A stretch of 64,000 nt of DNA from positions 5,890,001 to 5,954,000 of the forward strand of contig CATNEN010000038.1 of NCBI GenBank assembly GCA_950097015.1, written 5' to 3'. Position 1 is the stretch's first letter, and every line of letters begins with the position of its first letter. Position numbers and translations under genes: made by a program. Source of the stretch: Macrostomum hystrix (taxonomy: Eukaryota; Animalia; Platyhelminthes). The notes below the pieces were generated by a model. The model was not told where the DNA came from. It saw only the letters and a list, made by a program, of their open reading frames with translations, and made no database searches. This document shows positions 1 through 12,171 of the stretch, piece by piece.

Positions 1-599
1 ACATCGCCACCAGTACATTCCTGCAACCAATACAACTAGCAACACATTCACGCATTCTGACAATCTGGAGCATTAATTCCCATCCAAGAGTGCTGCACTG
101 TTTCTGAACTGGTTCGCTTTTATGCGTTGTCCAGCTGATGAAACCAAAGTGGTTTGAATTGAAAGTATTTTTGTTTCAAGTACTCACCCATTAGCAACTG
201 CGGCTGTCCTGCTGGATTTCCAGAAGGTTGAGATTCGTCTCCGTCTGAAAATACTCCGTCAAGCGAGTCCTTCGCAGCAGAGATTATGACGCGGAAGGGC
301 TGCTTCAAAGTGCTTTTGTATTCTGCCCGGCCTTCCATAGACACTACGCAGGGTAGGCAGGTGATTCGCTAATAGTTTTCCAGCCAATACCGGGGCTTCT
401 GTGAGCATTGCTCTCTCAAATACGCTGAGCATATTGCAGCTAACCAATGAGAGAGTGGGAAACCTGGCCTGTGCCGGTAGGCCCGGTACTGGCTAGCAGC
501 CAGCTAACAGGAAAGTGGCATTTTTAGCTCATTATTCTCCTGGTTTGGGTATTTCATATAACAGCATTATCTATTATGAACTCACAAACGAACCTCGGT

Positions 600-746
600 G
601 CGCGAGGAGGCACGAGGAGGCGCGAGGAGGCGAGGAGGCCAGCGAGGAGGCAATTATTCCGCTAAATCCTGAGTACACGCACACACATACTGTACGCAGG
701 CATACGCTCACACAGGTGTGTACATTCTGCCCTGACTTTCTCATCT
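600..746 (-). mobile_element. tRNA-SINE family A, 3' body fragment
   Basis: Reverse complement matches 10180-10292 (gatgagaaagtcagggcag...tgtacacacctgtgtgag...aattgcctcctcgctggc); the cgaggagg motif is tandemly amplified about 5 times at 601-650. Confidence 0.8.
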
Positions 747-2309
747 AGTAGGCAACTAATTTCAGGGTCTTATTGGGCTCAAAAATTATTTAATAGGTTT
801 TTTATTGTTTTAAATGACTTATGTGTTTTATCTATAAAAACTGATCTTTCTTTTGATGGAATCAGGACATTGCTTAGCTGCAATATTCAATAAAATAGAA
901 GCAAATAATGTCTATTTTTGGAGACAGCCGCAATGCTTTTTGTTTGGCTAGTTCTCTGTTTGATTAAATCAGCCTGTACTGACCGTTGTTTGCCAAGTCT
1001 TTAAGTGCATTGCTACGCATAGATAAAGTGCAGGAAGCAGGGCTTCACTTCATCTTATAGAGCACTATATGCTCAATTTCGGAAACGGATATTGGCACTA
1101 ACATTGGTACAACATAGACCTTGCCCGCTATAGCAGGAAATAGTGCTCCGGAGGCTGAGCTAACTGTTCCAGGAAGCTAAGATCGGTTTCAACCGGCGTT
1201 CAAAATGTTTTCAATAAATTTACTTGCCCGCAACTAAAACAGCCGACTTTCCTACGCAAGCAGTCCATGACTGAGTAAAAGCTGCAGGAAGGCCCAGAAG
1301 TCAAGTCGTGAAACAACTCGCAAATCTGTTTTTGAGTATTTTTGCAAGGTCTTCTATTATCCAACATGTGTCGGTCAGGACAGCCTCTCTGATTAATCCG
1401 ATGCGTGCTGTTATAATGAAAAGTAGCGAAAAGGTGAGGAATGAGTTTTTAAATGTATACGGTTCTCGAGATGAATAACAAAACGTCAGACACATTCGCT
1501 TTTCACAACAGCATTTTGACATGTCTTTAATAAAAAAATTAAGAAAACATGCGCATGCAAGAAGAAAAATTAAACTGTTAATCCCATAATTTTATCAGTC
1601 CTCGTCAGTCCATTTTTAAGCAGGTCTAATCCATGGTTTATAGGCAGGGAGAAAGTTATTGACGACTTGCAATCTTTTTCGCCTCTGTTTAACTGCTACT
1701 TCAAAGAAGTGTGCGATAATTGCTTGTCATTGCGTTTGAAATAAATATAGTAGTGGCCCTAAGCACAATGAGACCAAACCGAAATTAGGTTATTTTTCGC
1801 GCTGTGGATATGTAAAAGTACATAAAAACATTGATGCGTTCAAAACAAAGCAGTCTCACAGAAAGCAAAAATTATGTTCAGGCGCAGTTATCTATGATAC
1901 TTGTATTGTTTTGAGCTCACTTGACAATTGCGTGATGGCTCAGGCCTGCAAGTCAGACTAATTTCAAAATACATGCGCTAGTCCACGTAAGCGATGCCCG
2001 AGTCGGTTCGCACGCAACTTTCCATTTTGATTTGCTGTTCAGACTTTCGCTTGGAATACAAGGAGCGATAAATACAGACATACGACCTCACAGATCTTGC
2101 TTTGAGGCTGGCTTCTGAAAGAAAGTAATTGAGCTGGCTTGCGTAGGACAGCAATCGAGTCAACCAGCCATATGGACCTGTACAAGCACTATTGCACTGG
2201 TGTGAATTGTTAAAGCGTTGGATTCACGGCTTCGAGGTTGTGTCCCTTCACACAAAAAATTGTGTCCCTAAAAAAGACACCCAACTCTGGATTGCTTCAG
2301 TTTACCATT

Positions 2310-2447
2310 CGTATGCCTGCGCATGGTATCTGTGTCCATGTGTGCTCATGAGTCAGTGGAATGGGCAGAATTGCCTCCTCGCTGGCTGCAGGTCTAGTGT
2401 CACCAAATTATGTGCCATTGCCTGCAGCCTTCGTCCAGTTATTATTT
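2310..2447 (+). mobile_element. tRNA-SINE family A, 3' fragment with TTA tail
   Basis: gtatgcctgcg...gaattgcctcctcgctggctgcagg...caccaaattatgtgccattgcctgcagcc...gttattatt, colinear with the copies at 10220-10370 and 55860-55998. Confidence 0.8.
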
Positions 2448-2644
2448 TGAAGGTCAAATAAGCCACTGAATAATCTCATAAATGCCGCCAAGAAACCTTA
2501 TTATTTATTAATTATGATAGTAACAGCATTAACTTTGTACTTTTATTCTTCTCGTTCCCACTGGTTGTTAATCTGGCCCAATAAAACTCGCAAGTAAGGT
2601 TTGGTTGAAGGTGTTATTAGTTAGGCGCCTCAATTTTAAAGTCC

Positions 2645-2940
2645 ATGGTTGAAGCAGACCTCACACTCGAACTCCTAGCGGCTCTTCATCAAAGACTTGC
2701 CCTGTGCAAGGAAATATCGATTGCCATCCAACACACTCAGGGAACTGTCTCGCCAACAGCTCCTGGCATCCTCTTCTACATTTTTGCCTCGGACATTGAA
2801 TCTGTCCTAGCTGCAACGATCACTAAAAGTACAGTCGAATGATTCCTCTCTCGATTGAGTAACTCCGCCTTGTGCAACTCGTCGCCTGTCGAAGCATTCA
2901 ATTAGATGCCCTCGGACTTCTGCGACAAAAACAACATTGA
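2645..2940 (+). pseudogene. Possible degenerate LINE reverse-transcriptase relic
   Basis: TQGTVSPTAPGILFYIFASDI loosely resembles the non-LTR RT motif PQGSVLSPxLFxIYxxD; downstream stops; no clear YADD motif. Confidence 0.3.
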
Positions 2941-4309
2941 TGAAGATTTTATAGTCCAATGATCAACGATGCATTGTGTCATGCAACAGCGGGTCTACCG
3001 GTTTGCTTGCTTTTTATTCTCTGATTGCTAGGGAAAGCTATTTTTTACTTTACGTTTGAGAAACGCACTGGAGGAAGGTTGGATTCTGCTTCTATTTGTA
3101 GCACAATGTCCTTTCACACGCGATGTTGATTTCCTAGATGATTCGGTGATTAAATACCTTGGCTTAATCGCACTCATAATGATATTCATCTTTCAATGCT
3201 GAATTTGAGCCATCAACGCTTTTGAGTACAATTATTATTTTTAAATACAGAGTGTACAGGCCTCTAAAGCGGTCTGTGAAGTATAATAGCTCTTCAAATG
3301 ACGCACTTGAGCTTTTGAGATTTTTGCAACGTGCCACAGTAAAACTTTCTTGACTAAAATCTTCCTGCAGCTGGATCAAGAACTTTTGCCGGGTTGAAAT
3401 ATCCCTTATCAGTCCGTGCTGTGCACTGTGTGAGCTCTATATTTAGTCGGTCGCAATTTCCAGTTTTTAGAGGCTTTGCTGCTGATCTGGCCAGTGAGTA
3501 GTTTGCTCCTCACTGCGTAAAAACGTAGTCCACTGGAACTTACACAGTTTCATCAATTTTATCGAGCCTGTTGCCATTTCCTCAGTAGTCCCACAGCAGG
3601 ATTAGTGTGAATCCCTGGGATAAATTTGCTTTTTCTTGCTCAAAAAATGTTCTAGTATCCATTATCTTAGTAGAATGAATCGACTAGCCGATCTCGCTGC
3701 AACTGTGTGACTTGTGACCTTCGCAAATGGCAGAACTCATATGCTTTGGCGTACGGAGTGAATCTATTGCGTGATGACTATATGCGATGACTATTTGCTC
3801 TCACGTCAGATTCATGTGAACCCTCTACTGAGTTGAATTGGTAGATTTATGCTAGGCTTCCTAGTGCATTGATTTATGACCAAGTGTGTGTGCGCAAGAC
3901 CAGCTCCTTCGGCCCATAGACAATACCCGTCTGGGATTTACTGCATAGTAGCTCAGAAGAGGGATGGCACGGAGATCAAGTAGCCGCACATTTACCGCAC
4001 AGTTGCGGAATTTACTGCACACTTCAATCTATTTCTTTGATGGCCTTTGGGCCATAAACTATACACGAGCTTGAGACGTTTACGCACACTTGGTTATATG
4101 TCAATGTTCTTTCATGCCATGAGGCATGATGCCACAAATACAAGAAGTGTAGGAAAATAGATCCATAGTCAAATGTTTGCCTATGTCTGTAGCGCAGACA
4201 CCAGCCACAGCTAGTCATAGTCTCTCAAAAGGAAACGCATTTGATCTGCGTCACGGGTTGTGAAGTTTGCGTGACTAAAATTTATACAGCCTGAAGTCGC
4301 TATTTCGTT

Positions 4310-5036
4310 TCTCAGTTCGATACCCATTGGAGACAAAGGACACAGAACTCAAGCAAGCTAAGTCACTTCTATTACTCCTTCAAGCAATATTATTCAGCCG
4401 AAAAATATTTACAACAAATATACAACCCGGAGTGGAGACGTACCATAGCCTCGTTTAGACTAGGAAACCATAAGCTAGCTTGCGAAACATTGCGAACTGC
4501 GAGACCGAAAATTCCGTATGCAAATAGATTATGTAGTAAGTGCAAAACAGAAGTTGAAAACGAGGTCCACTTCCTTTTTAAGTGCACTTGGAATAAGTAT
4601 AGCGCAGTACGTTCGAAATTTGAGACGGAAGTTTCTGGGAAAACCCCCAATTTCATATCCTTAACAGCAGAAGAAAAATCTAACTACATAATGGCTCAAG
4701 ACGATAGGGAAACCGCTGAAGCTTTAGCAAAATACATCATAGAAATATCTAAAATAAGGGAACAGCTGCCCTGAGACTACGAGATTTTACTAGCATTCAA
4801 CAATAGATATTTCATAATTTGTTTTATCCCTGGCGTCCCTTGTGTTTTTACTGCTCTTATTTTTAATACCTTTGCTTTCCCTTCCCAGCTCGATATTTGA
4901 TTCCTACTTAACTTCGCTTTTTATGTTGCTTTTCGTTGTTCATTTAAATGTGTTGTTAAAAAATATATATATAAAAAAATCAGCACCCATAGATGGCGTG
5001 CGCGTTTTAATAATAATAATAATAATAATAATAATA
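4310..5036 (+). mobile_element. 5'-truncated LINE (CR1/L2-group-like) ORF2 C-terminus, 3' UTR and (TAA)n tail
   Basis: Frame of ORF 4490-4774 extends upstream: SKLSHFYYSFKQYYSAEKYL...IASFRLGNHKLACET...RLCSKCKTEVENEVHFLFKC, a typical non-LTR C-terminal Cys/His domain. Terminal hairpin gcacccatagatggcgtgc (4983-5001) is followed by (taa)n at 5008-5036. Confidence 0.8.
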
Positions 5037-6127
5037 TTGCGAACTGCATCTGAAAGCTATTTTTAATGCAGATATTTTAACTGGTAGAAAGGCATGGCCT
5101 TCAGTTAAGAGCAACGTTCACAAGCATTTTTACTAGAATTCATCCCTCATTTCTGAACACAATTGATAAAAACTCTAAAAGCGCATTTAGCAAATTGTAA
5201 TTTTAAGGGCGGTAAATCAAAGCTCAATATGAAAAGCACAACTGCTTAGCAATTTACGGGCTAAAAATAATGCTTGCAAATAATATTTACCTAACATTTC
5301 GTGATCTCTGAGTAAAAATAAGGTGGACCATTTTTTTATTGTCATTCCTTGACAGCTATTTCATTTCTAAGCTATTGAGAAACGCAGCCAACCGTGCTGA
5401 CAAAAGCGGTTTCTGCAGGTCGCGGGCCGGTTGCAGTCGGGTTTTCATCTTTACTGCAGTCCCCATGCAGAAAATAAAAGTGCTTCTCCACACCTCTTCT
5501 CTGCCAGCCTCTTAATTTAAGAAGCAGCCTTTGTTGAGTGGCCCGCAAGCAGCGAACGTGGACTTTGCTAAATTGCGCAACGCGTTGGTACTTTTAATCC
5601 ACTCTAGAACGATACATCGGCGACGCAGGCTAAGATGAAGGCTACACAGGTGTTGTATGGCCAAATTCTAGGCAAACATCACCTGCAAAGCCACCTGCTT
5701 CGGTGCTTTGGCAACTGCAGCGGAAACGCTCAGACTGCTTGCTGTGGGACAAGCTGTTTTTGCTTTACCCTCATTTTACACTGATGTGCGCAAGCGCCAT
5801 GGCTTATAAAGTTGTTGCTAGGTTGAAGTTTGGCCCGAGATCTGGTCCGGCCGTATCAGACAAGTCCGACGATGGCACAGGAAGTCAGCAAGGCAGATGC
5901 ACTCCTCCTGGTTTAGTAAAATGAAGCCACATGCGTATTTATCATCAGCTGGAATCGACATGCAGCGCTGCCCCACACTATCAGCCATTTATAGGCTTAA
6001 AGAGTGTTGCTAATTGCACACATTAATAAATTCGTCTGATCTTTAAACAGAAAAGAATCAAAGAAACTTATTTCGAAAGCTTTAGCTTGAAACTGTAAGC
6101 AGTCGAGGCCGAGGTTTTGTAGCCAAA

Positions 6128-7906
6128 ATGTTCGCGCTTGGAAAACTTATGCGACACAAGCGAGAGTACATGGATCTCTGCGACCCAGACAAGCCTCTAG
6201 AGATGAAGACAATCGAAAAGACTGTGTTGAAAAACTTTGACAGCATCTGTCTGCTGCTCAACAAGCCAGAGTTCAAGGCTCAGCGACAGCCTAATCTACT
6301 GGCCACGCTTCCTCGGCTGGCTCAGATCATTCGCGACATCTGGACACAAGCTGAGGAAGAGAGCAAGGACCTCAGCGGCAACACCTACTGGCGCAATGTC
6401 CTCAGGACGCTGGCTGATCATTGCTGGGACCTTTCTGTCTTGGTTCGCGACCATCCAAAGGAAATTGAAAGGCCTAGCACGCAGGCTAGTCAGCAATATT
6501 TCCAGTTGTCAATGAGCCTGTTTTGCATTCAGCTGGAACTGGAAGCAATGTTTCCTGGCCGCCGATACGCTGCCTATAAGATCGAAAGTTCCGAAACAGC
6601 AGCGGATTGGTGGAAGCGCCAATTTGGACGCAGTGATTTAGTCACCTGGCATGACTTTCAGTTCGCCATGAACAAACGGTTCAACATCAAGTCGATTGCA
6701 GAGGCTAACGAACTCAAACGTGACGTCAATATCACGGGCAGTGACCACGTGTCCATCTACGAGTTCGACATTTTTTCTCGCCTCTTCGCACCGTGGTGCG
6801 ATCAGACTGTCGATCTGTGGCGCACCATCGTCAAGGACCACCCGGCATTCGTGCGTCTGCACTTCCGCGAGGTCAAGAACCTGCTTCGAGGGCAGCGTCC
6901 GTACAGCTACCTATTCAGGCGGTCCACCAACACGCCCGCGGTGTGGTCCATCGGATACATCAATGAGACTGGCATAGTCACGCAGATTCTGGTGAAACAA
7001 GAAAAAACCATTGTTGAGGCACTGACGGAGTGCACGGAGCGCGGCCTTTTACTATTCCCAGCTGGCAAAGACGCTTGTTTCGCTCCAAGCTTAGATGCGT
7101 TTCAGCAGGGCAGTCCCGAAGGAACGCAAGGGGAAAAGGTGAAAGGCTGTAAGCCTAAGAAACTTAATCGAAAGCAGCAACCTGAAGAAATCTACGTTGT
7201 GGCACCGGAGTTACAGTGCAGTCTGTGCTCTCAACGGTCTGATGAAGTGACTTCGATGGAGTCTTGCGTGCACGTCTTATGCGACAACTGCTTTGACCGC
7301 CATGTGCAGCCAAAGCTTTACGAAGCATGTGGAGAGCGTAGTAGCGCGGGAGGTCTCAAGCTGTTCTGTCCTGTGTGCCAAAGTGTCAATGCGGAGGCGG
7401 CCGCGCTCAGAGAGGTGGACCTGATCTGTTTGGACGACGATGGCCGGATTTCCGAGGCGCTGAAGGCCGAAAAAGCCGTAGATTTGGCCTCGCAGAAGAA
7501 CCATCTGGCTGAATTTGACCCGCTTCATAAACCTGAGACGCCAGCCCAAGCTAACAATGCGGCTTCAGAACAGCAAAACGAAATCGAAGAGCTTTACGAT
7601 AAGCCAATCAAACCAGCGAAGAAGCGCGCTCTTGTAGTACCGAAACTTCAGCTAAACGAAGCCGCCAACGAGTACTCACTGCTCGCCAACAGCAGCTCTC
7701 AAGTCGTTACCGAGGCCTCAGAAGCCGTTCCTTGCGGGAAGCCACAGAGCTGCTACCTGTTCTATGGCAGTGAGGAGGCTGTGCGCCATCTGCTGAGACA
7801 GGTACCAGGTCTGAAGTGCGTCCAGCTTGGCAAAGGGCCCCAACATGACGGTTCCAGTTCAGACGAGCATCTCTACAGCTCGATCTGGGGCGGCAAAAGC
7901 GACTGA
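6128..7906 (+). CDS. cbl-like: Cbl-like E3 ubiquitin ligase (TKB: 4-helix, EF-hand, SH2-like; RING), intronless, 592 aa
   Basis: Cbl TKB motifs: ELEAMFP, AADWWKRQFG, DHVSIYEFDIFSRLFAPW, HPAF, SYLFRRS...WSIGYI, TIVEAL. RING: CSLC...SCVHVLCDNC...CPVC. AATAAA at 7987. Confidence 0.88.
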   Translation: MFALGKLMRHKREYMDLCDPDKPLEMKTIEKTVLKNFDSICLLLNKPEFKAQRQPNLLATLPRLAQIIRDIWTQAEEESKDLSGNTYWRNVLRTLADHCWDLSVLVRDHPKEIERPSTQASQQYFQLSMSLFCIQLELEAMFPGRRYAAYKIESSETAADWWKRQFGRSDLVTWHDFQFAMNKRFNIKSIAEANELKRDVNITGSDHVSIYEFDIFSRLFAPWCDQTVDLWRTIVKDHPAFVRLHFREVKNLLRGQRPYSYLFRRSTNTPAVWSIGYINETGIVTQILVKQEKTIVEALTECTERGLLLFPAGKDACFAPSLDAFQQGSPEGTQGEKVKGCKPKKLNRKQQPEEIYVVAPELQCSLCSQRSDEVTSMESCVHVLCDNCFDRHVQPKLYEACGERSSAGGLKLFCPVCQSVNAEAAALREVDLICLDDDGRISEALKAEKAVDLASQKNHLAEFDPLHKPETPAQANNAASEQQNEIEELYDKPIKPAKKRALVVPKLQLNEAANEYSLLANSSSQVVTEASEAVPCGKPQSCYLFYGSEEAVRHLLRQVPGLKCVQLGKGPQHDGSSSDEHLYSSIWGGKSD

Positions 7907-9994
7907 TGCTCAAATGAGTACAGTCCATAATCTCATAGCTAACTGTCATGAGTGATTTACTCAAGGCCATCAAGTTAGAAACTAAAAATAAAGACTATGT
8001 CTTGAGTATTTTTCTTGAAAAAAAATCTTCTATTTTGAAACTTGCATGAATATCTATTTTTTTCGCCTTAAAAACCTTGAAAGCAACCTGTCCTTTTTTC
8101 TATTCGCCTATATTCGCCTAAATTTATTCCGTCTGCTCGCTTTATGGAAAGAAAGACGTTGGTTTGCAAAATATTGCTAAAACAGTTATACTGGATTTAA
8201 ACTCATGAAAATTTTCATTATCAAGGCTCCTTTAGTAAGCATACTTTAGTTGTGCAGACTTCAACAAAAGTATACCTGTTTAATTTTCTGCTCCGCACTT
8301 GCAACTCGAGAATTGACGGCGGTGTGTTTCTAGCAGTCATTCAGCAAACAATTTCCCTTCTGAGTTTCAATTGGCGGATTTTAATCTTGCTTTATCTAGT
8401 TTTCTTTTGCTTTTGATGGCCCATTTTGTGTCTGTCATTGATATTTGTTAGTTGAGCATAGCAGAAGGGCGTCCGATTTCACAAATGCTGAGAGGAGTGC
8501 AAAAGCACCTGTCATTTACCTGAGATATTCAAGGTATGTATGAATTGCACCCATGCAACCCATGAAAGCCTGTCAGCAGTAGCCATTAGTTAAACATATG
8601 GATTCAGAGGCTGAGTACTTTTATTAGTCGTTTAACGTATATGCAATAAAACAAAATAAGCCTTAAACTCTGAAGTCCATGGCGCTCTGCTCTAAATAAG
8701 AAAAAGTCCTTACTAACCTCAAAAGTCATCACTAGCACGTTTATCTAGTCGACTCTAGTCACTTTTTCGGTTACTGCACGTGCGCTTGTCAAGAAGAAAT
8801 CATAGACAGATTTTTTCCAGTGCGATGCCATTTAATTAAAGAAATAAATACTCATTGAAAACGCAGTGAGGAATTTAATCAGTAAATATTAGGTCGTACT
8901 AAGGTCAAAGAGCTAGCTATAACCTAGTTTAAAAAGAACAGTTTTGACTGAGCCTCGAAGTTAATTTAGTTTTATTTCACTGCTAAAAGCTGATGGCTGT
9001 TCAAAAGGAAATTTTTTTTTGAAAGCCGCGCTTTGAAATTCAGGAAGAGCGACATGGAGAGGAGCTAAAGCGGGTACGGCCAATGAGCTGAAAAAGAGGT
9101 TTCACTTCCTAAAGCTAATTCACTGTAATTATGCGCACCTGTGAACGCAGTGAATTAAAATTTTCAAAAATAAGTCCTTAAAATAATTTCAGCATCAGCA
9201 AATCAGGGAGCCACTCGCGTCTTAACTTTTGTCAATTAGCCAATTTAAAATCATGATATAGAAATCAAAAGCGGCTCCCTCACTCTACATAATTAAAACA
9301 CCTGAAAATCGAAATGGAAAAGGTCTCAAAGGACTAAAGCTTCTTCCAATTTTCTGACCTAATGCGACCTGCACTATGCAGGCGGACCAAAGTGCGCGAG
9401 TCGTGGACCTCCAGCTCAAGAGTGGGGGAGGTAAGCTAAGCAAAAAAGAAAACTTAATTACAGAAAGTTGGCTCTCTCAAAGAGAACTGCTAGCCTTTCA
9501 ATTTTGTTCCGGCAGCTCTAATTACATGCAGGTGGCAAAAATTCATCTCGTGAAGCAGCGACTGCAGACAGTTCAACGCGCCGCTATATAGGTCCACCAG
9601 GTAAGTCCGTTAATTTATACTGCAGCACAGTTCACGCTCTCATTTGTGGGGTTTGCTAGGCTGCTCTAAAAATATATTGTAAATGTACTTGTCGTTTGAT
9701 TAGCACCACTCCGTGGATTTAGACTCGATAAGCCTACTGGTTGCTATGGTTACAAATCCTTTCCTTGTCAAGGAAGCGCGGCAGAACTAAAAACGACGCT
9801 CATCAGCGACTTAAGCTCGTACAACGGAGAGCAGCTGCAGCTTTTTGTAATCCCGGGCTGATTGTCGCATTAGGCGTTCTTTCAATAAAGCTTTCTATAA
9901 AAATCACATCGAAGGCTGTCTTAAAGGAAGCAGCAGCTGGATCGGATTATTGCTCACTTATTAGGTAAGGAATTTACACGTGAGAAGTTCCATA

Positions 9995-10370
9995 GGGGGT
10001 GAGTAACAGAACGGTCCAACACGCCTTTGCGTCTCGAACCACGGTCCGTGAGCTCGATTCCGCGGCGAGGCCACATTTATTCGGGGCGAAGGAGAAGACT
10101 TGGGAAGCTTGCCGTGAAATTTACGCCCTTAAGGGCCAACCTACAAAGGACCAAAGTGAGAGTGTACACTACCTGACGATGAGAAAGTCAGGGCAGATGT
10201 ACACACCTGTGTGAGTGTGTGCCTGCAAACAGTTATCTGTGTGCGTGTAAGTTCACAGATGAGCGAAATGGGCTGAATTGCCTCCTCGCTGGCTGTGGGT
10301 CTACCACCTAGTGCAGACCGGACCAAATTATGTGCGAGTGCCAACAGCCCTCCCGCAAATGTTGTTATTA
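9995..10370 (+). mobile_element. tRNA-SINE family A, full-length copy (about 375 bp)
   Basis: GGGGG start, tRNA-like head with B-box-like gctcgattcc, conserved body, ttatta tail; degenerate flanking direct repeat acgtg(aga/ta)..gttccat. Confidence 0.82.
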
Positions 10371-10467
10371 CGTGTATGTTCCATGTTGCTTAATCGAAAA
10401 ATTAAAATGAGGCAAATGACAGACGACAAATAAAAATTCAAAATGACAGGACGATGTCGGAGACAGA

Positions 10468-11338
10468 CTAGCCATTGACAGGGGCAGTAGAAGTTCTTTT
10501 CCCTTCGTCGTCAAAAGCGTCAAAAAAGACTTCGTCTAGCTCTCCCGCTGCTGAAGCCGTCAGCGAGTCGAGCGTGTCCTCGTTGAACTCAATGAGCTTA
10601 CTCGAGGGGCCCAGCGCCTTGTGCAGCTCCAGCCGAACCGGCCGCGTGCCGAACAGCCGGTTGCTCAGCTTGCGGACGAAGAAGAAGGTGCACTCACTAA
10701 AATCGGCTGCGCTGAGCATCAGGATGTAGCGGTTTTCAATGTCGTGCTCAATTACCTGGTTGACTACTGAGGACAGAATACCGACGACAAAGTTAATGAA
10801 CAGCACTGGAAAGAATGGGATGAACAGCAGGTGGGTCACGTCCAGATCAATGCGATCGTTATCCGGATAAAATTTATTCGCATCCAACACGTTCAAAGAC
10901 ACGAGGAACGTTGTGTAGAACGCCTTGAAAAACTCAGGCAACGTGTCCGGTCTGGTCGCATTGCTGCTCGCATCTGTCCCTGAGAATGTGAAGCTCGACT
11001 GGAACATGCGCGCGAACATCGCCACCAGTAGCAGAAAGAATAGCATGAACGCTGTGAATGCGCCAAGACTGTTGTAGAAGCTGCTCATGAGAGTGGTCAG
11101 CGGCGCGTGCAGGCGCATGAAGCACACCACAGAGAATACATTCGCCACTAGGAACAGAATTATGCAGCACCCGCTGACGGTGTAGATGAAAGAGCCGAAC
11201 ATTGCGCAGCTCTGCTCAGCGAATGCGTACAGCCAGAGCAGAAATGTAGAGATTGGTGTGACCAGAGTGCCTGGCAGCAGCCAGCCTTTCAGATCCGAGT
11301 AATTTCGCCGCGGCGATCGCGGATAACCAGCTCTGGGT
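10468..11338 (-). pseudogene. TRP-like (TRPV/TRPA-type) channel, exon 2 (later TM helices, pore, S6)
   Basis: Acceptor ttcag|A at 11338, in phase with the exon 1 donor; open to the stop at 10468. S5-like FTAFMLFFLLLVAMFARMF, pore-helix-like FFKAFYTTFLVSL, S6-like VLFINFVVGILSSVVNQV. Confidence 0.65.
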
Positions 11339-12171
11339 CTGAAATTGTCACGATTTCCAGGCTCATTTTAAGCTCACTTAAATTACTTTCTTTCTGAGTA
11401 AAACAGTTTCTGGATTATTTTCTGTGCAACGATACACCTTAGAGTGTTTTGCGAAGTGTTTTGTTTAGTATACGAAGGCCTGAAGCAATCATGCGAAAAT
11501 TCGCTTGTTGGCATGCAAATTTCAGTAAAACTTTGCGCTCTTCAGTAAATATTGTATACTAAATGAAAAAGTGCAACTAGCCTAATTTTGAGCTGAGGAC
11601 AGTTGCTTTCTTCTCTGTGTCATCCCTACAATGCAAGTTGTTATGTTACCTCTCTGTGTCTCTATTGTCTTGCATCAATTAGTAGATTGTTTTGTCTTTA
11701 GGTGAATAATATTTTCTAAGTTCCAGACCTTGCTTGAGATTTCTTCTGCAACTACGAGTACCAAGGGCGTACCCCGTTTTCATGTCTCGCATGCTGCGAG
11801 TATAGTTTGTCATTTCCGAATCGCAATGTTTCGCAATAGGTCGCAGTTGTCTATGAAATTTCAGAGTCTCGACTTTTCAGAGTTATAGCCCAGGACTGAA
11901 TGCTTCTCTTTTGAATATTGTAAAGTAGGGGAGGGTATCCTAAATCTGATCTGTTAGCTCTGATTTAATATTGCAGTTTTGCTGTTTTTAAAGCAGCAAA
12001 CTCAGAAAACTTCATCGATCCCAGGGTCCCAGTTTCCAAGAAGTCAGAGCGCCACAAACCTCAGATACGCAAAGTGTTGCATGCTGAACTTGTATCCCAG
12101 CCCCAATGCTAATGTAGGATTAATATATCGCCGCTGAGTGCTTTAACGGTCTTAGCATGAGTGTGCAATAG

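Noticed and set aside
120-447. Short minus-strand ORFs at the window start
   Set aside because: No recognisable domain or confident splice structure.
10173-10196. CTGACGA-tga-GAAA-GTC as a hammerhead ribozyme in the SINE
   Set aside because: Core words are present, but there is no helix II or III; the segment folds as a simple hairpin.
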